IMG/VR virus record: IMGVR_UViG_3300009314_000007
Location: 32,001-96,000 of that record
DNA from: a virus
DNA: 64,000 bases
Direction: 5' to 3' (one strand)
Shown: piece by piece, positions 37,288 through 47,259 of the stretch
Layout: every line of letters begins with the position of its first letter
Numbering within the stretch: the stretch's first letter is position 1
Translations under genes and position numbers: made by a program
The notes under the pieces: generated by a model
What the model was told of the DNA's origin: nothing
The model's input: the letters and a program-made list of their open reading frames with translations, nothing else
Databases searched by the model: none

Positions 37288-38082
37288 ATGAGCAGTGCTG
37301 GTCTTATCCAGAATAGCGCTACAGCGCCACCAACCGCGCCGCCACAGCCGGTGCATCCGCATCACGAGGGGATTCCCGCGCAACCCGTGGTAGCGATGAG
37401 TCCCACACAGGCCGCCGAGCAGGCTTTCGCGCAGCCCTTGGCGCCGCAACCCGATCCGAGCAGACCCACGATAACTCCGCAGGAGGCATATCAGACGCCC
37501 GCGAATCCCGAGTCCGTGCCGCCGCATACGGAGCAGCAGCACGACACCGGGCTGGCCATGGACCAGGTGATTCGCGGGTTTGTGGACACCGTGAATCGTT
37601 GGGAGATCATCAATTCGGCCTATCGTGGTATCCAGGAATCCGTGACAGGCAAGCGGCAGCCACCTGTCGTGAGCTTCCCCACTGGGGTGCATAACGACGA
37701 AGGGGACCCGGAGATCTGCGAGATTGATCTGAACGCCGTGATCCCGACAGGCATCCCGGAAGAGCAGCGAGTGCAGAAGCTGCGGGAGATGCTCACACCT
37801 TGGAACAACTATCTGGTGAAGGAGTGGCAGCGGCTGTGGATGAAGCTCATGTTCTTCGCGATGCAAGGTGCCGCGAGTCTCGATCCTGAGCATCTCCTGC
37901 AAGAGGCGGCGAAGGTCATGCTCCGCAGTCCGGATCGGCTGCTCGACCTGGCTACGCGGTTGAGCGAGAACATGCGGGCGGTTGCCGAGCAGCCACCAGC
38001 ACCTCCCGCGCAGCCGCCCGCACCTCCGACTGCGCCTCCAACGGCGGTTGGTTCCTCGCAGCTCCCCGCGGTGCCACAATGA
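37288..38082 (+). CDS. Hypothetical protein with Pro/Gln-rich termini
   Basis: AAGGAG SD, 264 aa. Confidence 0.65.
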   Translation: MSSAGLIQNSATAPPTAPPQPVHPHHEGIPAQPVVAMSPTQAAEQAFAQPLAPQPDPSRPTITPQEAYQTPANPESVPPHTEQQHDTGLAMDQVIRGFVDTVNRWEIINSAYRGIQESVTGKRQPPVVSFPTGVHNDEGDPEICEIDLNAVIPTGIPEEQRVQKLREMLTPWNNYLVKEWQRLWMKLMFFAMQGAASLDPEHLLQEAAKVMLRSPDRLLDLATRLSENMRAVAEQPPAPPAQPPAPPTAPPTAVGSSQLPAVPQ

Positions 38083-38639
38083 GCGAGTCCAATAACGTTA
38101 TTGCGAATCCCGAGGACACTAATCCTCGGGACGGATGGAGGGTCAAGGAGTTCGAGGCGTCCATGGACGATTCGATCTCGTTGTGGCTGGAGTTCGTGCA
38201 GGACGGCGTTCCGCGGGAGGAGCATAGTTTCTGCTTGCGGAGATGGCTGCAAGACACCAGCATCAATTCCGGCCAGCGGGAGCGGTTGCGGGCCGTGGTG
38301 ACGGCGATTGCTCGGTATGCGAATCTGGGCGGGCCACTGTCGGCCCTGGATGACGTTGTCCGCAGGATGGAGGACACCGGCCTGGTGATTGACTGGGCGG
38401 GCTGGAGCGTGCTGGACACGCATCAAGAGCCGGATGATGTGATTCACTACCTGGTCAACGGGGCTGGGGAGGTGTTGGTGTGGGCCGAAGACTCGTATTT
38501 CGAGCTGACGACGTTGGACGAGTTGAATCAGGATTTGTTGCATGAGAGCGAGGACGTACCCAATAGGGAAGATCCTCCACCTGAAGGGCCAGATCCTATC
38601 GGACCCGGAGGTGGAGTGCTTCCTGGACCAAGAGATTAA
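38079..38639 (+). CDS. Hypothetical protein
   Basis: ATGA-coupled, 186 aa. Confidence 0.6.
   Translation: MSESNNVIANPEDTNPRDGWRVKEFEASMDDSISLWLEFVQDGVPREEHSFCLRRWLQDTSINSGQRERLRAVVTAIARYANLGGPLSALDDVVRRMEDTGLVIDWAGWSVLDTHQEPDDVIHYLVNGAGEVLVWAEDSYFELTTLDELNQDLLHESEDVPNREDPPPEGPDPIGPGGGVLPGPRD
38089..38104. repeat. Dispersed 16-bp palindrome copy 4 (CCAATAACGTTATTGC)
   Basis: 10 bp into the 38079 gene. Confidence 0.9.
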
Positions 38640-39426
38640 GGGTGGCGCACTGGACAGCCTCACGACCGCGATTCACCGGCAACTCCCCAAGAAGACGCCG
38701 TGGGGCACGGTGTTCGAGTCGCTGATGTCTCTGGCGGGAGTGAGGCTGACAGAGGACCTGCTGGAAAGCAGCGTGTGGCGGCTGGTTGGGAATCTGGAGC
38801 GGCTGTTTCTGCGCCATCCAGCGGTACCCTGGTGCCGTCAGGAGGTGGATGAGGTTGTTCCTGTGCAGGTGCTGGCCGTGCATTACGGCTACTCATCAAG
38901 ATGGCGCTTCGGTGGCGACTTCGAGCTGCGCGTACTGGCGGGGACCCCGGCTTCCATGCTCCTTAGGAAGTTCTGGACGCTCGGTTATTGCCAGATGCTC
39001 AAGGGCATGTTTGGTTTCAGTTCCCCGCGGGGCCTCTACCCGTTCGAGGACATGCGTCAGTTTGTGAATCTGCGTTTTTCGATTCGGATTACCTTGGAGC
39101 TGTCTGGGGCCTCCCCGGACTTCGAGAAGATCTGGCAGGAAAACGACCGTATCAAACCGGCGAGTCTGTACGAGTGGAATCGACAGATGTTGCGGCACCG
39201 ACGACGGGAGGACTTTCGTTGCCCGAGGGACTATGACCGCGAGGAGGTCAAGTGCCACTTCTGCGCTGTTGGCCAGGACGAGTGTGAAGCAGCAACACAT
39301 GACGAAACGTACGAGCAGCGGCACTGCCACGCCTGCGACAAGGTCACCTGGTTCGATCCGGCCGACTCCCAGCAGGAGTTGTGCCTTACCTGCCATCGAG
39401 AAAGTTTGAGGCAGCAGGATGAGTAA
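38542..39426 (+). CDS. Hypothetical protein with Cys-rich C-terminus
   Basis: CHFC..C.AATH..CHAC..CLTC. Confidence 0.7.
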   Translation: MRARTYPIGKILHLKGQILSDPEVECFLDQEIKGGALDSLTTAIHRQLPKKTPWGTVFESLMSLAGVRLTEDLLESSVWRLVGNLERLFLRHPAVPWCRQEVDEVVPVQVLAVHYGYSSRWRFGGDFELRVLAGTPASMLLRKFWTLGYCQMLKGMFGFSSPRGLYPFEDMRQFVNLRFSIRITLELSGASPDFEKIWQENDRIKPASLYEWNRQMLRHRRREDFRCPRDYDREEVKCHFCAVGQDECEAATHDETYEQRHCHACDKVTWFDPADSQQELCLTCHRESLRQQDE

Positions 39427-40312
39427 AAAGAAGCGAAAGAAGAGGGTCGAGGCGACTCCGCTGGTTGATATAGACGAGCAGAACCGGCAGCTCGAAGAGG
39501 CGGAGCGCAGTAAGGGCCGCAGGCGGACAAGTCGCTACACTCGCGAGGACAAGGGGAGTGCCCAGCTACTGCCGGGCAAGAAGTTCGACGAGTGGCTCTG
39601 GCGGTCGCCACTTGGCGACGAGGTGAAGATCCCGGTGCGAGTGGTGAAGGAGCGCGGAGGCCGCTACGACGCGGCGAGAGGCAAGTACGTGAAGGGCGAC
39701 ACGAAGTTGACGTACTTCCAGGTGGTCATGCCGGAGTACGCGATCAACGAGTCGGACACCGACATCGAGTCGCTGCGAGAGAAAGTCTTCGAGGCTATCG
39801 AGATGCCGTTCGAGGTCGAGTGGAAGCCGCACCTGTTCATCGAGATCGAGGGCAGGGATCATCCGCTCAAGACCGCGATGTGGAAGGACTGGGGGTTGCG
39901 GGAGCCCGCCAAGGACCAGACGAAGCATGATGACGACGACGGGCTGAATGGGAAGCTGGAGATCGAGATTGAGATCTCGGAGTGGGAGCTGGGCACAACC
40001 AGGCAGGGGCGAAAGGTCTCTCGGTCGTTACGGCAGGGTCATCGCCAGTACCGAGTCCAAAAGGGCTGGCCCGAGGAGGAAGTCGAAGGAACGTCTTACA
40101 GTGGCTACTGCAACAAGGTGTTGCTCCCGGACACGCACGAGAACCGGGTAGCGCTTGAGTCGCTGATCCAAGGGATCTCCGCGTTTCGGGAGCAATTGGA
40201 TAGCCTGTTGCACCCGGAAGTTGCCGCCAAGCTATTTCAGGCGGCGGCTAAGAGAGTTGTGAAAGCGTTACCTGCGCCGAAGACGAGGCGGAAGAGACCG
40301 AGGAGAGCGTAG
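39419..40312 (+). CDS. Hypothetical protein
   Basis: 297 aa, basic termini. Confidence 0.7.
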   Translation: MSKKKRKKRVEATPLVDIDEQNRQLEEAERSKGRRRTSRYTREDKGSAQLLPGKKFDEWLWRSPLGDEVKIPVRVVKERGGRYDAARGKYVKGDTKLTYFQVVMPEYAINESDTDIESLREKVFEAIEMPFEVEWKPHLFIEIEGRDHPLKTAMWKDWGLREPAKDQTKHDDDDGLNGKLEIEIEISEWELGTTRQGRKVSRSLRQGHRQYRVQKGWPEEEVEGTSYSGYCNKVLLPDTHENRVALESLIQGISAFREQLDSLLHPEVAAKLFQAAAKRVVKALPAPKTRRKRPRRA

Positions 40313-40321
40313 ATCTCGGGC

Positions 40322-40350
40322 TTGTAGGATGCTCTTTTTGTTGGTAAGAT
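40322..40350 (+). promoter_or_regulatory. Sigma70-like promoter with extended -10
   Basis: TTGTAG-17 nt-TAAGAT with TG upstream of -10. Confidence 0.5.
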
Positions 40351-40370
40351 CGTCGGTGGAGGTATCAATA

Positions 40371-40997
40371 ATGGTGCTACGACGATACTCGAAAACGAGA
40401 CCCGGGCAGCGACGGTGCGCTAGACGAGTCGCGAAGGCTTGCCAGGCTCGGAATGGTTGGTGGCCCATCTCGGTTTATGCCGCGAGCAGCACGAACAAGG
40501 ATGGACTGCACTCGTATTGTCCCGAGTGTCGAAAACACTTGGTAAGGGCGTACAAGAAGAAAAACCGCGAGAAGCTCTCGCAGTATCAGCGAGAGTGGCG
40601 GGCAAGGAACCCGGAAAAATACCAGCAGCTTCAGGATAAACATCACGCGGAGAACAGAGAGGCCCAGCGAGCGTATACGCGAGCATATAAAAAAGCGAAC
40701 CCCGTGCGGAATCGTTCGTGGAATAGGGCTCGCAGACTCCGCTTCGCGGTCGCAGGGCGGCTGACCGATAGCGACTGGGAGGAGGTGTTGCAGAGATATG
40801 GCCGTGATTGTCTTTGTTGCGGTGTTGGCGAGGGCATCACTATTGATCACGTCGTACCAGTTCCCGCAGGTCCGAATGACAAGAGCAACGTGCAGCCGCT
40901 TTGTCGTGGTTGCAATAGTAGCAAGGGTCGCAAGGAGACAGACTATCGGTTCGATGGAGGACGGCATTTCGGAAATCAAGGTGACGAACCCGATTAG
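40371..40997 (+). CDS. HNH endonuclease
   Basis: GGAGGT SD; CLCC...TIDHVVP...NDKSNVQPLCRGCNSSK. Confidence 0.88.
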   Translation: MVLRRYSKTRPGQRRCARRVAKACQARNGWWPISVYAASSTNKDGLHSYCPECRKHLVRAYKKKNREKLSQYQREWRARNPEKYQQLQDKHHAENREAQRAYTRAYKKANPVRNRSWNRARRLRFAVAGRLTDSDWEEVLQRYGRDCLCCGVGEGITIDHVVPVPAGPNDKSNVQPLCRGCNSSKGRKETDYRFDGGRHFGNQGDEPD

Positions 40998-41005
40998 GAG
41001 GGCGA

Positions 41006-41485
41006 ATGTTCGTATTGAGTAACAGGAGCTGGACCACGTCGAGTGGGCAGCACGCCACGGGATCATTCCTGTTGGTGTTTCAGCGAGGCTGGGATTTGGG
41101 GGTGGAGCCGCAGCCACGTGAGTTGCGGTGCCTGTTGCGTCACGTTCGTATGAATCAGTGCGGGCAGTTTATGATGGGGGAGGTGAAGTTTCGGCTTCCC
41201 GGGGAGGACGGTTCGGTACGTATCGGATTGTCGGGTTCGTTGGGCAATGACGATCTGCCTCTCACGGTGCCCAAATTTGAGCAGGCACCCACCGAGATTC
41301 CGGCGAGACTGTGGGAGTTGCTCACGGTTATGCCGGAAGAGCTTTCAGAGGCGTTTTGGCGGGGTAATCGTGAGGACGGTTCGCTTGACCGGTCGCTTAG
41401 ACAGATTCGGTTGTGGGCGAGGAAGAACGTGTTACAGCTTCGGCGGCTGCACGTACCCGAGCAGAAGATGGGAGTGGTTCCGTGA
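41006..41485 (+). CDS. Hypothetical protein
   Basis: AGGAGG SD, 159 aa. Confidence 0.65.
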   Translation: MFVLSNRSWTTSSGQHATGSFLLVFQRGWDLGVEPQPRELRCLLRHVRMNQCGQFMMGEVKFRLPGEDGSVRIGLSGSLGNDDLPLTVPKFEQAPTEIPARLWELLTVMPEELSEAFWRGNREDGSLDRSLRQIRLWARKNVLQLRRLHVPEQKMGVVP

Positions 41486-41487
41486 TT

Positions 41488-41688
41488 ATGTTTGATCGAC
41501 GATTCTGGGAGCCCATGGATACTGGTGGTTCTTTCGAGGCGGGCGAAGATGGTTTGTCTGGAAGTGGCCGGGATGTCGTCCGCGTCGGTGTGGTCATTGT
41601 GTTGATCGCACTTGGTACCGGTTTTGTGCTTGGCACAGGGGCGGCCCTGGGCTGGATGTTAATCGAATGGCTTTTTGGTATGGAGTAA
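41488..41688 (+). CDS. Small membrane protein
   Basis: One long hydrophobic segment. Confidence 0.5.
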   Translation: MFDRRFWEPMDTGGSFEAGEDGLSGSGRDVVRVGVVIVLIALGTGFVLGTGAALGWMLIEWLFGME

Positions 41689-41690
41689 CT

Positions 41691-42389
41691 ATGTCGAAAT
41701 ACGACGAACGAGTTATGTGTATCCGGACGGAGGACTTCGAGGAGGTTGGAGCCTTTCAGGGTTTCCAACCGGAGTGGTCCAAGTATCTGGTTAGTCTGCT
41801 TTCGGCTAATCGTGTGGTGTGGCTCCCGCGCGGCGAGTGTGAGACCAACCCAGCGTACAAGCAGATTATCCCGTACGTGGCGATGGCTTGCCGAACGGCG
41901 ATGGGCGTGCTGCTTGGAATGTACCAACGGACCAAGGATGGTGGCGAGTCTCGCTTGCATGGCAAGTGGGCCTGCGGTGTTGGTGGGCACATCAACACGG
42001 GGGATCGCGAGAGTGAGGACGAGTCCGCGATGAACGTGTTCTCACGAGCATGGCAGCGGGAGTTGTCCGAGGAGGTGAAGATCGACTGTCGCTACGACGC
42101 GGCGGTGCAGGGGCTGCTCTACGATGGCACCGACGCGGTGGGTCAGGTGCATCTCGGAGTGTTCATGCTTGCGAATCTTCAGTTCGGCGCGGCTTACCCG
42201 AACAATGAGGAGATCTCGCAGTTGCACTTTGCGCCACTGCGGACCTGGCTCCACGCGGCGAAGCGGAATGATGGCGAGGGCCATGTCGCGATGGAGGGCT
42301 GGACAAAGCTCGTGCTTCAGAGCAAACTCATGCAAGACCTGGGCGACGAGCCGGGACCATCACCTACGAATTTGGAGTTGGCGACTTGA
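41691..42389 (+). CDS. NUDIX-family phosphoesterase (COG4112-like)
   Basis: YKQIIPY, GGESRLHGK, GVGGHIN, RELSEEV, VGQVHLG. Confidence 0.85.
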   Translation: MSKYDERVMCIRTEDFEEVGAFQGFQPEWSKYLVSLLSANRVVWLPRGECETNPAYKQIIPYVAMACRTAMGVLLGMYQRTKDGGESRLHGKWACGVGGHINTGDRESEDESAMNVFSRAWQRELSEEVKIDCRYDAAVQGLLYDGTDAVGQVHLGVFMLANLQFGAAYPNNEEISQLHFAPLRTWLHAAKRNDGEGHVAMEGWTKLVLQSKLMQDLGDEPGPSPTNLELAT

Positions 42390-42652
42390 CGGACTTCATT
42401 GCCGACAACTTGGATCTGTACCGAAGGCACGCTCGGGAGTTTGAGAGGATCTTTGGCTGCAAGCTGAAGCCTTACTTCGACAACCTTACCGGGTTTGACC
42501 TGGTCAAGTTCGATCACGAGGTGCTGAAACCTCGGGAGAGCGAGAGCGGCCACGCCGCCGCGCACAGGCAGTGGGGCGACGAAGGGTTAGCCCTGATTAA
42601 GAAGCTGATTAAAATGGAGGAGACCGATGACACTTCAGCTAGTAGTGGGTGA
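42386..42652 (+). CDS. Hypothetical protein
   Basis: TTG start, GGAG SD, 88 aa. Confidence 0.6.
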   Translation: MTDFIADNLDLYRRHAREFERIFGCKLKPYFDNLTGFDLVKFDHEVLKPRESESGHAAAHRQWGDEGLALIKKLIKMEETDDTSASSG

Positions 42653-43145
42653 GGTGCGCTATGCACCTTCCCGAGACATCGCCTACCTGTGGCCCAGCTT
42701 GCTGGCCACAGTGGCAGATAGACTCGAAGACGCGCCTATGGAGGGCCTGCACAAGATCCTCAAGGAGCGCGGTGTAACGCTCGACGACTTAGGTGAAGCG
42801 GCCGGAGCGTATTGCCGCTTCATCAATTTCTGCCACAGGGAACTGGACTGGAATATGCAGCAGTGCCTTGACGAGAGCGGCTGGGAGAAGGTGAAACCCG
42901 AGGCTCAGATTGCCTACCTGTTCTATGCAGGCGCCCTGCTTACCGGCACGTTCTTCCAGGGTATTCGGGACGCACTCCCGGCCAACGACGAGCGTAGATT
43001 GCCGGTCATGGACGACCTGAACCAGGCGGCCAGGCAGTTCGAGGCCTACGTCTCAATGCCTAGATGGAAGCGCAAGCTATGCCGCATCTCCAAGTGGTTT
43101 CACAGGATGTTCTTACGAGCGAAAGCAGTGAGACGCCCTGTGTAG
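42627..43145 (+). CDS. Hypothetical protein
   Basis: GGAGG SD, 172 aa. Confidence 0.65.
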   Translation: MTLQLVVGEVRYAPSRDIAYLWPSLLATVADRLEDAPMEGLHKILKERGVTLDDLGEAAGAYCRFINFCHRELDWNMQQCLDESGWEKVKPEAQIAYLFYAGALLTGTFFQGIRDALPANDERRLPVMDDLNQAARQFEAYVSMPRWKRKLCRISKWFHRMFLRAKAVRRPV

Positions 43146-43156
43146 GAGAGAATCTG

Positions 43157-43927
43157 ATGAGCTATTGGACGCAGCAGCTTCGCCGGTGGTTTGGAAACCA
43201 GATCCCCGATGACTACCTGACTTTCGACTTCGAGACAACCGGGCTCAAGCGGGACTACGATCTTCCTATCGACTTCGGCTACACGCTGGTGCGAGACAGG
43301 AAGATGGTGACCCGTAAGAGCTTTCTTCTGGACTGGGAGAGCCGGGAGGAGCTGATGGAGCCAGGCTGGTTGGCGTCGAGGCTGGGGAAAATCAGGAAGG
43401 CGTACGCTGCTAGAGGCGATCCATATCACTACTCGACGCAGCGCCTTGCCAAGGAGGGCAAAGATCCTGTGCGCGTGCTTCAGTTCATCCACCAGTTGTT
43501 CACGTCGAACCGCAAGGCCGGTGCGGGGTTTGCCGGACACAACGCGGCGTTCTTCGATTGTGAGATGGCCCGGTCTTGCTTCTGGGAGTACCTGGGCGAG
43601 CACTGGATCTGGCGGGGCGACGAGGTGTTCGATACCGGAGCCATGGAGAAGGCTCTGGAGTGTGCTCGCAAGCTCGAACCACACCGCTGCGCCGTGCCCA
43701 CGAGCGGGGAGTCGATGTACGACTTCTTCGTGCGAACGTCTCGGGGTCGCCGTGCGGGTATCTTCTGGAACATCAAGAAGTGCGTGGAGCGGTATCAGCT
43801 CGACAAGAGGTTCGGGGTTGATCTGAATGCCCTGCACGGGGCGAAGGCTGATTCGTACGTGTGTCATTTGCTCATAGAGGAGTACAGGAATGGGAGGCTC
43901 GATCCAACTGGCAATGGACCCGGGTAA
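43157..43927 (+). CDS. DEDDh 3'-5' exonuclease (DnaQ-like)
   Basis: FDFETTGL, AGHNAAFFD, FDTG, LHGAKADS. Confidence 0.88.
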   Translation: MSYWTQQLRRWFGNQIPDDYLTFDFETTGLKRDYDLPIDFGYTLVRDRKMVTRKSFLLDWESREELMEPGWLASRLGKIRKAYAARGDPYHYSTQRLAKEGKDPVRVLQFIHQLFTSNRKAGAGFAGHNAAFFDCEMARSCFWEYLGEHWIWRGDEVFDTGAMEKALECARKLEPHRCAVPTSGESMYDFFVRTSRGRRAGIFWNIKKCVERYQLDKRFGVDLNALHGAKADSYVCHLLIEEYRNGRLDPTGNGPG

Positions 43928-44681
43928 CGAGAAAACCGGGTGGGTGTCTTACCGTGTAGCACCGGACTTGCCGGGTGGATTGGACATTCTGGAGTCCGGT
44001 GTTACCGCTAACTTTCAGATCCGGGAGATGCTCAGAAGTATCCCCAGGAAGAAGCGAGGCTTGCTTTCGATAGAGACCCCGAAGCCCACGGGGCAGCTTG
44101 CTTCGTCCGAGTTGTTCGAGACGTGCATTATGATCGGGCGATTTCTTCAGGTGTGGGCGGTGAGTCGGTGGAGCTACATCCATCGCGACGACGTGAAGTT
44201 CCACCTGACAAACGACGCCAGGGCGAAGGACAAAAACGTCACGCAGGCGCTCAAGGATCGTTTCGGTGGCGAGCGACACGCGGTTGGCGGCATTCGCTGC
44301 AAGACCTGCGGTGGCAAGGGCTGGCACGGGAGAGGCTGGGTGGATTGTCCGCACTGCAAGAAAGGCTGTGCCAAGTGTAAGAAGAAGGGGCAGATCTTCA
44401 CTCGGCTGCTTTGCGGGGAGTGCGAGGGCGACAAGTGGGAGGTGCCGCCAGGGCCGCTTTATGGCATCAAGTCGCACGCCTGGCAGGCTCTAGCCGTGAG
44501 CTGTTACCACGTTGATCAACCGCGGCTGATCCAGGCGATCATGCTCAAGCCGGATCGCAAGGCTCTGACTAAGAAGCTGGCGGAGGGGCAGCCGCTAACA
44601 CAAGCGCTGCGGAGACAGTTTGGGTACGCAGGCAAGAATCGAAAGAAGAAAAAGAGGGGATCGAAAAAGAATGGATCGTAG
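43890..44681 (+). CDS. RuvC-like Holliday junction resolvase with DnaJ-type Zn-finger insertion
   Basis: LAMDPGNEKTG, LSIE, KDKNV.QAL, PGPLYGIKSHAWQALAV; CKTCGGKG..CPHC..CAKC..CGECEG insert. Confidence 0.7.
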   Translation: MGGSIQLAMDPGNEKTGWVSYRVAPDLPGGLDILESGVTANFQIREMLRSIPRKKRGLLSIETPKPTGQLASSELFETCIMIGRFLQVWAVSRWSYIHRDDVKFHLTNDARAKDKNVTQALKDRFGGERHAVGGIRCKTCGGKGWHGRGWVDCPHCKKGCAKCKKKGQIFTRLLCGECEGDKWEVPPGPLYGIKSHAWQALAVSCYHVDQPRLIQAIMLKPDRKALTKKLAEGQPLTQALRRQFGYAGKNRKKKKRGSKKNGS

Positions 44682-45174
44682 TGTTTATCCTTCTCGCGAT
44701 TGCGATATAAACGCCAATGAGAGGCGAGAGGAACGGAAGAAGCAGAAGCAGAAGAAGCAGAAGAAGCGCGAGAAGCTGGTCAAGTCAATCAAGCCCCGTC
44801 GGGAGTTGAGCGAGGCGGAGCGGGAGCGCTGCGAGGAGCGCGCGAAAAGCTGTGGATGCGCGGTGGTGATCGTTGGGGGGATTATCGTGGCCTGCGGCCT
44901 GCTATGGTTTGCTGGTGATGACTCGTATCGGCAACGCGAGCGAGAGATAGAGATCGCGGACAAGACAGTGTGGTCCATTGTTTTGTTTAACGAGAAAGGC
45001 GAAGAGGAGCAGAGCTGGGTGGCGAAGAGCATAAAACGGCCGTCGATAAGGCCTGTGGGTGATTCGGGGACGATCAGTCGGGTCTCGTGGTATCACCCCA
45101 AGAGCCGAGGGCACGCGGTCGATGTCGCTGTTCCCGTGGGTTGGTTTTTGAAGATCGAGAGGAGGTACGATTGA
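44671..45174 (+). CDS. Single-pass membrane protein
   Basis: Basic N-terminus, one TM helix. Confidence 0.6.
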   Translation: MDRSVYPSRDCDINANERREERKKQKQKKQKKREKLVKSIKPRRELSEAERERCEERAKSCGCAVVIVGGIIVACGLLWFAGDDSYRQREREIEIADKTVWSIVLFNEKGEEEQSWVAKSIKRPSIRPVGDSGTISRVSWYHPKSRGHAVDVAVPVGWFLKIERRYD

Positions 45175-45734
45175 CACGGATCATAACTAATTTCCGAGAG
45201 AGGTTTCCTCGGACCGCGTGTGCGTGCGATGGTTGTAAAGCCTGCTGCCGATTTATGCCCGGCATGCTTTTGCCGGAGGACTTAGATAAGATCGTCGTGG
45301 AGGAAGAGAAACAGGCGCTGACTGCGGAGGACACGCACAAGTGGGCTGCTTGGCAGCTCCACCGAACGGATGCCATACTTGACTTTATCGTGGGTCACTT
45401 CCAGGCGTCGGACGGGGCGTTGGTGATGCGGCAGGGGAAGATGATGCGGATTCCCACAATCACTCCAATGTTGACGGAGAGTGGTTGTGTGTTTCTGGAC
45501 GACGGCGGGCGGTGCAAGATCTGGGCGCATGCCCCGGCGGGGTGTTCGCATTTCGACGTGCATCAGACCAAGGTGGAGGGGGACAGAAGGTCCAGGCAGA
45601 TCCTGGGAGCCTGCATGATGGCGTTCGAGTCCGGGGATCGCTACGTGCAGGTGTGGCAGTGGCTGCGGGATCGGGGGAACGTGCCGCCGCCCGTGCAGGA
45701 GCGGCGAGAGAAGCTACAAGCGGCTCTCAGGTGA
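45171..45734 (+). CDS. YkgJ/FliB-like cysteine-cluster protein
   Basis: CACDGCKACC, CVFL...RCKI..HAP.GC. Confidence 0.75.
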   Translation: MTRIITNFRERFPRTACACDGCKACCRFMPGMLLPEDLDKIVVEEEKQALTAEDTHKWAAWQLHRTDAILDFIVGHFQASDGALVMRQGKMMRIPTITPMLTESGCVFLDDGGRCKIWAHAPAGCSHFDVHQTKVEGDRRSRQILGACMMAFESGDRYVQVWQWLRDRGNVPPPVQERREKLQAALR

Positions 45735-45747
45735 TTGGAGACCGGCG

Positions 45748-45954
45748 ATGCCCAGGAAATACGAGATCCGCGTACTGATGATGCCCTGTGGGGGTGTGAA
45801 TCCGCGGACAGGGTTGCGAGTAGGCAGTAGGCACCGGTGGCTTGACGGCTGGGGTGAGGGCTGTTGCGAGTGGTGTGGGAGAACTCTCGACAGTCTGCGA
45901 GGACGGTATCGTGTTTACGAGGATGGCAGAATTGCTAGGGAGGAAGATTCGTGA
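45748..45954 (+). CDS. Small Zn-finger-like protein
   Basis: C...HRW...CCEWCG. Confidence 0.5.
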   Translation: MPRKYEIRVLMMPCGGVNPRTGLRVGSRHRWLDGWGEGCCEWCGRTLDSLRGRYRVYEDGRIAREEDS

Positions 45955-46706
45955 AGATAGTAGCGGAGATGCGCTTGAAACACGGAGTGCTTCGGGAGCT
46001 AAGGGAAAAGTACGGGACGCTGAAACGAGTTGCCGAGCTTATCGGGGCTCCGTATCAGACTTTGTGTAATTGGGCCGCTTTGCGCGCCGCGCCTACTGCG
46101 GGGCAGTACAAGGGCGCATACACCGAGGAGATCGAGCAGAATCTAGTGTTGCTGAGTGGGGTGCCCGCGGGGGAGATTTTCCCGCCAGCTCTGCGAGAGG
46201 CAATACCGGCGCTGCGAGAAGGACCGGAGCTTGTTCGCGAGGTAGAGCTGGCTCCCGAGGCTTTGTTAGAGCTGGCGCGAAGGGCGCAGGAGAGACTGGA
46301 GGCTCCCGATCCGGCGAGGGGGGCGATGGTGGGAGAGCTTCGCGAGCGCATGTTGGTTGTGCTTAGCGAGTTGCCAGTCCGGTCGCAGCATATTCTTTGT
46401 ATGCGGTACGGCTTGGCGCCGTACACTCGCGAACACACGCAGAGGGAAGTTGGAAAGAAATTCGGGGTGGAGCCTACGAGGATCTCGCAACTAGAGCAAC
46501 GAGCGATAAGGGAGTTGCAGCAGCCTTCTCGAAGCCAGTTGCTTGTGGGATTTGTTCCGGAGGGTCGGCCGAGTCTCTCCTCCGTACAACGGTTGCAGGA
46601 CGAGGCTGCGAACAAGTCAATACACGATATTGCTCAGGAAAGAGAGCAACGAAGACACAGGGAAAGGAGAAAAGATGGGGACGCAAGCGGTTGTGTCGGT
46701 GATTGA
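45951..46706 (+). CDS. XRE-type HTH fused to sigma70 region 4
   Basis: TLKRVAELIGAPYQTLCNW; LPVRSQHILCMRYGL..HTQREVGKKFGV..TRISQLEQRAIREL.QPSR; no sigma region 2 visible. Confidence 0.78.
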   Translation: MKIVAEMRLKHGVLRELREKYGTLKRVAELIGAPYQTLCNWAALRAAPTAGQYKGAYTEEIEQNLVLLSGVPAGEIFPPALREAIPALREGPELVREVELAPEALLELARRAQERLEAPDPARGAMVGELRERMLVVLSELPVRSQHILCMRYGLAPYTREHTQREVGKKFGVEPTRISQLEQRAIRELQQPSRSQLLVGFVPEGRPSLSSVQRLQDEAANKSIHDIAQEREQRRHRERRKDGDASGCVGD

Positions 46707-47259
46707 TCCCGACGACGTGCTGTTACTGAAAGTGGTGTCGGGTACTGGCGGTGGCGATAGTGGCCGTAAGCTCGCGGACTACTTGGCGGACACGGGGGAT
46801 ATTGACCCCATGAGCGTGCATGCCGTTGCGACGGACATGGGCATGGGTTGCGTCGTGGTGCTGGCCAGGGACGAGCAATACCATACCTTGGATGAAGATC
46901 TCCCTTTGCGATACGCAGCTACATTCGCGCTGTGGCAGTTCAATCCGCGATGCAGGGATGGCGCGTGCGACGAGGTGTGGCTTGTGCGCCAGGCACATTT
47001 GGGCTCCGATAAGGGGGCTTCTGTACAGCGGGGCCACGGGCATGCTCGTGTGCCCGCGCTTCAGTACCCGACCGAGATTGCCGACATGGTCGAAGGTCTC
47101 AAGTTGTTCCGGGCGGGCGAGATGATCGGTGTGATACCTTGCGACCCGAAGTATTACGAGTTGCTTGGCCGCCTGTACGACGCGAAGTGCCTGGCTGTCG
47201 CCGGAGAAGCAGACTGGCTCGGGTCGAAGACGTTTCAACAGATTGCAGAGGGCACTTGA
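46675..47259 (+). CDS. Hypothetical protein
   Basis: AAGGAG SD, 194 aa. Confidence 0.6.
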   Translation: MGTQAVVSVIDPDDVLLLKVVSGTGGGDSGRKLADYLADTGDIDPMSVHAVATDMGMGCVVVLARDEQYHTLDEDLPLRYAATFALWQFNPRCRDGACDEVWLVRQAHLGSDKGASVQRGHGHARVPALQYPTEIADMVEGLKLFRAGEMIGVIPCDPKYYELLGRLYDAKCLAVAGEADWLGSKTFQQIAEGT

